Part shown: one piece after another, positions 35,101 to 45,560 of the stretch | How positions within the stretch are numbered: the first letter of the stretch is position 1 | Layout: each line of letters starts with the position of its first letter | NCBI GenBank assembly: GCA_043228905.1 | Contig: JBHGNT010000001.1 | Span: 16,802,001-16,866,000, forward strand | Direction of reading: 5' to 3' | From: Azolla caroliniana | Lineage: Eukaryota > Plantae > Polypodiophyta | DNA length: 64,000 nt | The notes under the pieces: generated by a model | Seen by the model: the letters and a program-made list of their open reading frames with translations, nothing else | Database searches by the model: none | What the model was told of the DNA's origin: nothing | Program-made: the position numbers and the translations under genes

Positions 35101-37643
35101 TTCAAGAAATCAATTACTTATCTAGGACATCTCATAACCGAATGAGGAGTTGAAATTGATCCTTCTCGCATTGAGAAAATCAAGCTTTGGCCCACTCTTC
35201 GGAATATTCGAGAAGTTTGATCATTCGTTGGTTTTGTCGGGTTTTTGCGAAAGTCTCTTCGTGATTATTCCCAATTGACGATGCCGTTTATTGATCTTTT
35301 AAAAGGTCAAACGCGTAAGTCTACAAAACCTATTGTGTGGAATGCTACACTAGACCTCGCCTTTAAGGAACTCAAGGACCTGGTTTGCAAGGCTCCTTCA
35401 CTTCTTTTACCCGATCCTTCAAAACCTTTTGAGGTTGAAACCGATGCAAGCGATTATGCTATAGGTGTTGTCTTGTATCAAGATGATAAACCAATAGCAT
35501 TCGAGAGTAAGAAACTTGATTCTGCTCAATGTCGGTATACCGTTCAAGAATAGGAATTATTTGCAGTTATACATGTGCTCCAAACATGGCGCCATTATCT
35601 TTATGGAAATCGCTTTGTGGTAACTACGGACCACGAGTCCTTGAAATATTTTTGTGACCAACAAGACCTAAAAGATCGTAAGGCACGATGGGCTGATCTC
35701 ATCCAGGACTTTGATTTTTCCATACGATATCGTAAAGGTTCCATGAACACTGTCGCTGATGCACTAAGTCGCATCCGTGAAGTTAACATGCTTAGCTTCA
35801 CTGAAATAACATCAGATCTTTATGATCACGTTCGAGGAAAGTATCCTGATGACAGTTATTTTGCAAAATACTGGGCAAGAGTTGAGTCTGGAACAGACAC
35901 CACCACATCCTCGAAAGAATACGTCCACATTGCTAACGGTTTGCTCTACCGTAATGGGAAGGTTTGCGTTCCAGATTTACCCAAGGTTAAAAAGAGGATT
36001 CTTTTTGAATGCCATGATGCACCCTTAGCAGGGCACCCTGGAATACATCGTACACTCGTTCTCATCTCCAGTCAATTTTATTGGCCTAAGATGCGTCCTG
36101 ACATACATAGCTATATGACAAAATGTCACCAATGTCAGGTTAACAAAGGCGAGTTACTTAAAGCCGCAGGACTTTTACATCCCTTGGACATTCCCAATAA
36201 TAAGTGGGAAAGTATATTCATGAATTTTATTGTTAGCCTTCCTCGCACCCAAAAAGGTCATGATGCCATCTGGGTTGTCGTTGATCGACTAACTAAAATG
36301 GCCAGATTTATTGCTACTAAAACCACGGTAACAACTCCTGAATTGGCTTACCAATTCGTTGACGAATTGTTTCGTTTTTATGGGTTACCGATGGATATCG
36401 TGAGTAACAAACAGAACGGGTAAATCAAATTATTGAGGACATGCTTCGAGCATACGTTGGTGCAAAACCAACAAAATGGGAACGTTATCTCCCAATTTTG
36501 GAGTTTGCTTATAACAGCTCCAAGCATACGTCGACTGGATATAGTCCTTTTATGTTGATGTATGGTTTTCAGCCACAAGCCCCGATTGATGTTAATATAC
36601 ATCATGATGAGTTGCGAAGTACGCAAAACTTTCTTCGGGATATGCAAGATATGTTGCATATTGCACGAGATAATATAAAAACAGCTCAAGATAGAGCGCG
36701 TTTTTATGCCGACCATCATAGGCAACCTCGTGTATTCAACCCTGGACAGAAGGTATTTTTACGTGTACCTCACAATTCTCAGACATTGTCTATGGGTAAG
36801 TGCGCTAAGTTAGCCCCACGGTTTTGTGGACCTTTGACAATCCTCAAACGCATTGGGTCATCAGCCTATCGTCTCGCTCTTCCCGATGGTGTCGGAATTC
36901 ATCCAGTCTTTCATGTGAGTTGTCTAAAAGAACTTCTAGGTTCTGGCGACAACACAGTTACAACTGAAACTTTGGTTACTTCTGAAGAATTATCTTCTAA
37001 ACCACATGTACGAGAAAGAATTCTCGATGTTAAAACAAAAAAATTACATACTAAAGAAATCTGAGAATTTAAAATAAAATGGATGGATAAATCAATAAAA
37101 GATGCCACATGGGAACGCGAAAATACTCTCAGAACTAATTTCCCTAACTTTCCATTGCAAGAGTGCAATGTTTTAAAGAGGGGGAGTATGTTACGGGCAT
37201 GACCATTTAATATCCCGTGGTGAGAATTTACCGTAGTATTCTATACACGTGGATAAGTGTGAGGGTTAAACGAAAGTGTAAAGAAGGGGAGGATTACTTT
37301 TAATCCTCGGGATTGAGACAACCCATTAGGCCAAGTGTGAACTTGCCTAGGGGCCTTGGGTATCGCTATAAATAAGAGGCCTAGCTACTCTCATTGGATC
37401 ATCTTTTGACGACATCGAGACTCTGCTCTTATGGTGGGTCAACTCTTGTAGCGAGCGCGCCAGCACCAGGTACGACTCGACGCCACGGCGGTGGTATGGG
37501 ACGCCGATCGAGGCTCGAGTCCGTCTCGATCCCTTCGCTCGGGGGTGGTCGGGTGGATTGGCACCCTTCTTTCTCTTTCTCCTTTCTATCTATCATTTGT
37601 TTATCCTTATCTTAAGCTTACTTTAGTACTTAGATCTCTAATA
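32152..37643 (+). mobile_element. Chromovirus B2, 5'-truncated sister of B1
   Basis: Colinear with 7961-13617; 3' LTR 37189-37643. Confidence 0.94.
32941..37190 (+). pseudogene. pol: B2 gag-pol with stops and small deletions
   Basis: ORFs 32941-34818, 35245-35553, 35575-36423, 36441-37064. Confidence 0.92.
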
Positions 37644-38974
37644 TATGTGTGAGGAGTGGGAGCTAAGGCCCCATCAATCCCTCCTCCTAGAATCTAAGCA
37701 AATATCCCCGTTGAATAAAGTGGATATTTAGTCTCTCCTTTTTGTAACGGCTTTCTCTCCTTATGCTATAAAAGGAGAGGAAGGGGCACCATTGAGGGGG
37801 TTGCCTATTTTGAGTGAGAATGGCGAGGATGGTGAGGGATTTTGCAAGGTAAAGAGAAAGACAGGACGAGCCATACGAGTATGATCGACCCGAGTTTGGT
37901 CTATGGGTAGCATCGGTGAAGGCTCCTCAGAGCGCAATGAAAGCATTTCCGAGAGTTCGAGCATTGTTTTGCTCAACTCTCGGACCGGGATCGAAGATCG
38001 GTGGGGCTGGACAAGGTCCTACTATTTTTAAAATCGGTCGATGAAAAGGGGAGAATGGCCATTTTATCCAAACTCAAAGACGATGAAGGGGCGTACGGCC
38101 TCACAGAGGATTGGAACGAGGTAGAGCAGGTATGCCGAAAAAACGAGGAGATGCGGTCGTCCGCAACACGGCCCACAAGCGGCGGCAAAAGGAGGATGGT
38201 GAGTTACTATGCGTCACCGCCTATAGAGGAAAGCTCACCACGGAATGGTTCGGTGAAGCTCGACATCGAAGCCTTGGTACGGGAAGCGTACGAGATCGTG
38301 AAGGCACAAATCGAACCCGAAGAAGGGTCTACTATGGAGATGGGCCGGAGCCAATCGGAGGATGCGGAGGAAGAAGCCTCCATATGCGTGGACGACGGGG
38401 CCTATGTGGAGGCTGGAAGAGCGTACGACGGTGACGTTGTCGTGCCTTTCGGCTCCGGATCGTTGCGTGAGTCGGGTGGGATCCACAGAGGTCTTGGACT
38501 AGGAGAAAGAAGTTCGTGAGATAGAGATTAATTATGAATAAATAGCAAAGAGAAAGATAAGAAACTCGTGAATCACACGAGTATACTATATTAATTGGTA
38601 CTTAGGGTGTTAAGAGAGAAGTAGAAGTAGATGTATAAATCGTGAATCCCACGAATAATTTTTGTATTGATTCATACTTAATCCAAATAATCAACAACCC
38701 TTTATATATTTCTCTCCTCCTTATATAAGGAGGGAAGAGCTAAGCATGGCTTCATGCTTTTTTTTATTTACAAAAAGTGTTCATGTCCACTAAATGTGCA
38801 TGTGATGCTTTTTTATTTCCTAAGTATAGGGCTCATGCACGCTAGATGTGCATGAGTTATTTTTAGTGTCTCGTGTTTTTTTTATATATTAAAAAAATAC
38901 ACGATTTACCTTTTAATAAAGGTATGCATAAATAAAGGTCTTATACGTATTAAATCTATATTTAAAACACTTAA

Positions 38975-39070
38975 GATAAGTTAATGTAATGGTAAGGTTG
39001 GGGTTTGTCAACGTGGAGGTGCAGAGTTCGAATCACGCCCTGCGCAGTAGTGAGTATTTCCTTTTTTTTT
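38975..39070 (+). ncRNA. tRNA-like Pol III A/B-box cassette in H 3' LTR (antisense)
   Basis: TAATGTAATGG (38982), GTTCGAATC (39026), then T9. Confidence 0.5.
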
Positions 39071-39235
39071 ACATTTATGTCTCTTTATCCGGCTCTTCCT
39101 TGCCGGTATGCCGTTTTCTTCCTTGCCGGTATGCCGTTTTCCTCCTTGCCGGTATGCCGTTTTCTTCCGGTTCTCACCGAGCACTCCATTCTCTATACGG
39201 AGGGACAAAAATATAATTTCCACATAGTGTGCAAC

Positions 39236-42200
39236 CTACACTACGACACTCGCCCCCTCCAAACCCGCACATCCTCCGGTATGTGCCGAAGTTCTTGATT
39301 CTTCGTATCCGTCTTCATCCGAAGCTTCCTCCGAAGCTTCCTCCGATTCTCCCCTTATGTCGACTATGAGTTGTAATCCACTTTCTTCGCTTCCCGCATC
39401 ATTGTGGTCTTCGTAAGATTGCTCCTCGTTGTCGGCCTCGACTTGGATCACATAAGGTTTGTCGTCGGTCCGCTTCTTGAAAATCTTCACCCGCTTCCCG
39501 GCTATAGGCACTCTTAGTATTGTTCCATCCAACTCGGACAGTCGGTACGTCCCGTTGTCGAAGACCTTCTGAACCTCGTACGGCCCGAACCACCTTTTCG
39601 CGAATTTCCGCATCGTTGTATGTTGATGGTCCAAGCTACTATCATAGACGATCACCCAATCTCCTTCTTCAATCCTCCTCGGTCGTAGTTGGTGCTTTGT
39701 GTCGAACCGGCTTTTGTTCCGGAACCGTGCTTCTTGTTGTCGGCGTGACGCTTCCGCTACATCTTTCGGTCTTCCCTCCAGTTGTCGTATCCGGACCGCT
39801 AGTAGTTCTTCCCGGCTCATCTCTTCCTTCCACGGTAGTATTGTCCATGTCGCGATTGCGGTTTCCGTTGGCATTACCGGTGCTTGTCCGGTCATGAGTT
39901 CTGCCGGCATGTAACCGGTCACGGAGCTATGCGTCGTCCAATCCGCCCATAGTGCATACGGAAGCATTTGTGGCCAATCCTTCACCCTTCTGTCGCATGC
40001 CTTCGCAAGTGCTTTCACGATCGGACTATGTCCTCGTTCGATCTTCCCGTTGGCCTCCGGATTGTAGGCCGTTGTCAACGTTAACCGAACTCCATGTTTG
40101 GCGAAGAATCCCCTAGCTTTGTCCGAGTCGAGTTCTCCCCGGTCCGCAATCACTTGTCCTACGCAGCCGTACCTACAAAACACTTCTTCCAAAAGAAATT
40201 GGCACACCGCGGCACACGTTTTCCTCCGAAGCGCTCGACCTTCAACTTGGTTTGTGAGATCTTCTCGAGCTAACACCAAGTATTTCTTTTGTCCAATTCC
40301 GGTTGGCATAGCTACAATGTCGACCATCCACTTGAAGTTGATTGTCGGTGAGAATGTCGGATGCAGCTCATCTCGGTGTCGGACCCCGGAGTAGACTTGA
40401 CATTTCTCGCAGCTTTCTGTGAACTCCGCGACATCTTTATACATGTTCTTCCACCAATATCTTTGCTTGATTTTCACAAAAGTTGCCCATGTTCCTCGAT
40501 GTCCAGCCCAATCGGATTCGTGGAACTCGGACATTATCCGGTTTCGTTGCTCTTTCGTCCCGACTACTCGAAGTGGTATCCCATCCGGTCTTTTCGGCGT
40601 CCTCCATATTAAACCGTTTTCCAAGAAGAACTTTTGGACTTGCCTCTTCTTCCTTCGGATCTCGGCTCTCCTTTCTTTATCATTGGTTGAATCCTCGACC
40701 TCTTGTAGCATCTTCCCGATCATCAAGGTTTCCCCCTCGTATTCTTCTTCCCGGAATTCTCGGATCACGTTCACTCGGCATATGTGTTCTGACGTGAAGT
40801 AGTCTTCGGAAACTTCTTCATTATCTGATTCGGTTATGTCGTCTTCAAACCGCGCCCTCGATAACATGTCCGCTACCGCGTTGTCCTTCCCCGAGATGTG
40901 TCGAACCTCCGGATTAAGTGACTTGACATATGCAATCCACCTTAGCATAGCCACATCCGGTATCGTACAACACCGCATCATCCCGAGTATCAGAAGACAA
41001 TCCGTCTCGATCACCACTTCAGCTCCGATCAAATAATCCCGATCCGATTTTATCGCCGACACGACTCCCCACAATTCTCTTTTGACTTGTGCATATCCGC
41101 GTTGCCTTTCGTTGAGGACCTTTGCTCCAAATCGGATCGGATACCGCGAACCATCCGAGTCGGCTTGATTGATGACCCACCCGATACCGGTTGGACTTGT
41201 ATCAACCGTTACTATGATTGGCCGCTCGTAGCTTGGCTTCTTAAGTGATTCCGCCCTCCATAGTGTCTTCTTGAGCTTCCTCATGGCTTTAGTGTGTTCC
41301 GGTTTCCACTCGAATTTCTTACCTTTCCGCAACAAGTGATAGAGCGGGTCCGCTATATGTGCATAGTGCGGAATCCATATGTGATAGAATGCACACGCAC
41401 CCAGAAACCTTCGGACTTCCGATGTTGACTCACATACTTCCTTCATAGCTTGAATCGCATCGATCTTTGTTGGTGACGGTCTTCGGCCGTAGGGTCCACA
41501 TAGATGTCCGACCACCAATATTTCTTCTTGCCCGAATGCCGATTTCTCCCCGGAAAGTGTTAGGTGCACATCTTCTAGCTTTCGCAACACTTTCTCGCAA
41601 TCATGAATATGGTCGACCACGAACTTTCGGCATCCCCGATCATCCATAGTCTCATCTTTTTCTTCCACCGCGCATCCTTTCATCGGAATGTCATCTAGAA
41701 ACGGCATCATTATCTCCGGGATGCAATCTCGAAGCACCTTGTTCATCGCGTTCATCATATGTGCAACCGAGTTTGTCGCTCCTTGTGGTAGTGTGCACAT
41801 TCGAACTAGTCCTATCGGTGTCCGCATGGTAGTGATGTCTCGGCTCTCCACGGCTAGTTGGAATTGGTCATACCCCGAGTATAGGTCCCCGATGGAGTAT
41901 ATCGCACGTCCGGCAAAAGCTTCCACGAATTCGTCCACTATCGGACCGACTCCCGAGTTCCGGATCGTGACCTTGTTCACCGGTTGCAAGTCTTGGATGA
42001 ATCAGAGTGACCCATTCTTCTTCGGAACCGTAAACCATCGATTTGAGTACGGAGCACTTGATGGTTCTAGAATCCCCATCGCCACCTTCTCCTTGAGCAA
42101 GTCGATGACTTTCGGAATATGCGCCCGTGGCACCGGAATCGGCTTCAGGTTCCACGGTACATGATCAATCGTGAAAATCACCATCGGCTCCACTATCTTT

Positions 42201-42852
42201 GGATCAATGCATCCGATCTCCCTCGATGTGAACGCGAATGCTTTGCCATGTTGCTCCAACATCTCTCGAAACCGTTTTTCTTCTTCTTGTAAGAGGAACC
42301 CACCTCCACCGATCCGAAGTTTCTTCCGGGTCTCATCTGTGAAGGCATGTCCGATATCCACGGACTTCCGAAGTGTCGGATCTCCCGAGACTTCTTTCTT
42401 CTTTTGTTCGCTATCGGCGGGTAGTGGTCCCGCGGCCGGTTTCACCTTCTTCTCCACGGTCTTGTATTTCGTACTTACCATTGCTTCTTCTTTGCGGAGC
42501 GCATCCGGCCCCATTTTCGCAACGATCTCGTACATCTCGACCGATTCCACCGGGACTACCCGGTTCCCTTGGCTTTTATCTTCCGCAAGCTCTTCAAGCC
42601 GTTGTAGTGTATTCCCATAGAACACTTCCTCGATCACTCCCACGATTTCTTCGTCTTCTTTTATTATTGATGCCGACCGTAACTTATCCTCCACTTGTCG
42701 GTATTGTTTCTTCATTCCTCCGGTTACGGCCGTGTACGTAGATGCCCCATCCGGGCCGATTCGTACTTGTTTTGCTCCGAGAGTTTTCTTCCTGTGTGGG
42801 GTATCAGGGCTTCTCGGACTATCACTTCCCCACTCCGCAACAGTCCGCTTTA
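39236..42852 (-). CDS. pol: H pol (RT, RNase H, integrase, GPY module); one TGA at 42002-42004
   Basis: LPQGATNS, FLDD, VDTS, H..H..CEKC, ADRGE, WFGPY. Confidence 0.93.
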
Positions 42853-42859
42853 AAAATCC
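42796..42859 (-). promoter_or_regulatory. -1 ribosomal frameshift signal of H
   Basis: G GAT TTT TAA, then stem CGGACTGTTGC/GTGATAGTCCG and loop GTGGGG complementary to downstream CCCCAC. Confidence 0.75.
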
Positions 42860-44889
42860 ATTCTCACTTGGGACAAGAGTTCCCTCTTGTTCCTTTCGTG
42901 ATTTGCCGGCACCGTTAGGAATTGGACGGATTTCCCTCCGTTTTGGCTCCGAATTCGCGCAAAAGCCGCACCACTATCGAGCACCTTCGTCTCCATCCGT
43001 GAAGCCGTGATAAAGGGTTGGCCGAGGATGACAGAATGTGAAACCTCATCCTGCACAAAGAAATTTTGGTCAATTTCGACATCCCCGATCTTTACCGTCA
43101 CATCCAGACAAGCCGCAAATAGGTCTTCTGTCGTTTTCGTGGCTGCCCGAATCTTCCATCCATGGTTGGTGTTTATAGGCCACTTCCCCTTTCGGTAGAA
43201 CTCCTTGGACATCAAGTTGATCTCCGATCCGTGATCAATCAATGCTAGCACGGTTTCTTTGATGTTGCCGATTCGGACCGGAGTCTCCGTAGTCGCACGT
43301 GCCCAGTGTGGCCTTGTATAGTGGGAGTTCGGAATTTCGCCTTCCACTTCGGTGTCGTTCATTGAAACGGTATTTGCATTCACCCTTGGAGCATTTTCCT
43401 CCGTACTTTGTCTCTTCCTTTTCACGAGATCCACGAGAAGATCGTGAAACTCCTTCTTCGCTATTCCGAGTAGTTCCCGCAGCGAAAAATCTACCCGGCT
43501 ATCCAAGATTCTTTCCTCGAACACTCTTTTCAAGTCGGTTTGTTGTTCTATGTCCGAGGCGAGCTTGAATGCCGGAGTCGCCTTTTCTTTTCCCTTACCT
43601 CCGGAGTTCCAGCTTTCCGGTATCTTCGATGGTCCGGCCGCATCCTCCGTGCGCCGTCGTTTCTCGTCCACATACACCTCATGTAATTGACACAGGGCGT
43701 ATATGCTATTCTTGTCGACAGGGCACTCCCATCCCGTAGCTTCCCGGACGCCTTCTGCGGTGTTTCGGATATCGTTGGAGTCGGTTTTCTCGGTGTTTCC
43801 TAGCACCTCCGGCCAGAAAGACGCCTTCGCTCCCGTTGACTCCCCGACACATATTCCCGCGGTTGTCGCATAGTTGCTTCTTGCCGCTAACTCCTCCTCG
43901 AGCACCTTCTTCATGCCGTCTTTCCGGAAGTTCGGTCGGAGTGGCTTCCGAGAGTCCATCGAATGAATCCGGTTTCCCTCGTAGTAGATGAGATCCCGTC
44001 GTAGCGCCTCCTTATGGTCGTCGCAATCCCTCCGATCGTGTTCGGCGCTATCGCACCATATGCACCGTCGATCCGTATATTTGGAGCTTGTGGGGCGGTC
44101 ATCCGACTTCTTCACCATCGCGATCTTTAGATTCTCCATCTCCTTCAGCAGCTGCTCCACCGTAGACGCGTCGACTCCCTTCTCGGCCGTAATCTCCCGA
44201 GCCCTCGGTTGATGGTCTTCCAGTCCCGTTCTCGGTTTCGGAATCGGTTCCGAAACCCTCTTTTCTTCGTTGGCAAGCCATTTCCCCCTCTTCGTGTACC
44301 GCGCGACGATATCCCGCACGCTTTCCCATGTTTCGGTGAGGCCGCTTTCGGTGGTCGTGTCCTCAAGAAGCACTCCGAGATCTTTCCGGTCCCGGACGTC
44401 CACAGCTCGCAAAAACATGATGACTTTGTCCGGTGCAAGAATAGTTTGATCTCTCGCGGACAACCTCCCGAACCGACTTTCGAATGTCGAAAACACTTCG
44501 AGGACCTTCAGCCCCTTACTTGACGTTTCCACCCAATCCTCGAATCCCCTCCGCGTTGCCTTGGAGGAGTCCTCGATGGCAAACGTGGTCTTTAACGCCT
44601 CTTCGAATGCTTCCCACGTCGGATTTTGTTGTTGCAACCCGTGGATACTCCCTTGAAGCCCGTCGGTCGCCACCCGGTTAAAGGATGTCACTTGCAGTCC
44701 TTCCGAAGCCCGGCACCGGAGCATCTCCGCCTTGTAGTCCTGCAAATATCGCGACACATCCTTACCATTAAATTGCCCGTTGCGTTGCACGAGCCGCTCT
44801 ACTGATGCCGAAATCTCCGACATCGTGCGTTGTTCTTGAAGCATCCGTTCGAACATCGCCATCATATTGTTAGCTTGTTGAGCCTCCAT
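42850..44889 (-). CDS. gag: H Gag-protease ORF1
   Basis: Open frame; CIWCDSAEHDRRDC knuckle; ALIDHGSEINLM and VILGQPF protease motifs. Confidence 0.9.
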   Translation of the reverse strand: MEAQQANNMMAMFERMLQEQRTMSEISASVERLVQRNGQFNGKDVSRYLQDYKAEMLRCRASEGLQVTSFNRVATDGLQGSIHGLQQQNPTWEAFEEALKTTFAIEDSSKATRRGFEDWVETSSKGLKVLEVFSTFESRFGRLSARDQTILAPDKVIMFLRAVDVRDRKDLGVLLEDTTTESGLTETWESVRDIVARYTKRGKWLANEEKRVSEPIPKPRTGLEDHQPRAREITAEKGVDASTVEQLLKEMENLKIAMVKKSDDRPTSSKYTDRRCIWCDSAEHDRRDCDDHKEALRRDLIYYEGNRIHSMDSRKPLRPNFRKDGMKKVLEEELAARSNYATTAGICVGESTGAKASFWPEVLGNTEKTDSNDIRNTAEGVREATGWECPVDKNSIYALCQLHEVYVDEKRRRTEDAAGPSKIPESWNSGGKGKEKATPAFKLASDIEQQTDLKRVFEERILDSRVDFSLRELLGIAKKEFHDLLVDLVKRKRQSTEENAPRVNANTVSMNDTEVEGEIPNSHYTRPHWARATTETPVRIGNIKETVLALIDHGSEINLMSKEFYRKGKWPINTNHGWKIRAATKTTEDLFAACLDVTVKIGDVEIDQNFFVQDEVSHSVILGQPFITASRMETKVLDSGAAFARIRSQNGGKSVQFLTVPANHERNKRELLSQVRMDF

Positions 44890-44905
44890 CTCCTTGCCAC
44901 CCGTC

Positions 44906-44923
44906 TTCACGTCGGGTTCACCA
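44906..44923 (-). promoter_or_regulatory. PBS complementary to tRNA-Trp
   Basis: TGGTGAACCCGACGTGAA matches the recalled plant tRNA-Trp 3' end TTCACGTCGGGTTCA-CCA. Confidence 0.85.
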
Positions 44924-45464
44924 ACTGTGTCGTGCCTTTCGGCTCCGGATCGTTGCGTGAGTCGGGTGGGAACCACAGAGGTCTTGGACTAGGAGAAAGA
45001 AGTTCGTGAGATAGAGATTAATTATGAATAAATAGCAAAGAGAAAGATAAGAAACTCGTGAATCACACGAGTATACTATATTAATTGGTACTTAGGGTGT
45101 TAAGAGAGAAGTAGAAGTAGATGTATAAATCGTGAATCCCACGAATAATTTTTGTATTGATTCATACTTAATCCAAATAATCAACAACCCTTTATATATT
45201 TCTCTCCTCCTTATATAAGGAGGGAAGAGCTAAGCATGGCTTCATGCTTTTTTTTATTTACAAAAAGTGTTCATGTCCACTAAATGTGCATGTGATGCTT
45301 TTTTATTTCCTAAGTATAGGGCTCATGCACGCTAGATGTGCATGAGTTATTTTTAGTGTCTCGTGTTTTTTTTATATATTAAAAAAATACATGATTTACC
45401 TTTTAATAAAGGTATGCATAAATAAAGGTCTTATACGTATTAAATCTATATTTAAAACACTTAA

Positions 45465-45560
45465 GATAAGTTAATGTAATGGTAAGGTTGGGGTTTGTCA
45501 ACGTGGAGGTGCAGAGTTCGAATCACGCCTTGCGCAGTAGTGAGTATTTCCTTTTTTTTT
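45465..45560 (+). ncRNA. tRNA-like Pol III cassette in H 5' LTR (antisense)
   Basis: Same as 38975-39070. Confidence 0.5.

Noticed and set aside
38975-39050. Functional tRNA gene
   Set aside because: No convincing acceptor stem or anticodon arm; only the boxes and spacing are tRNA-like
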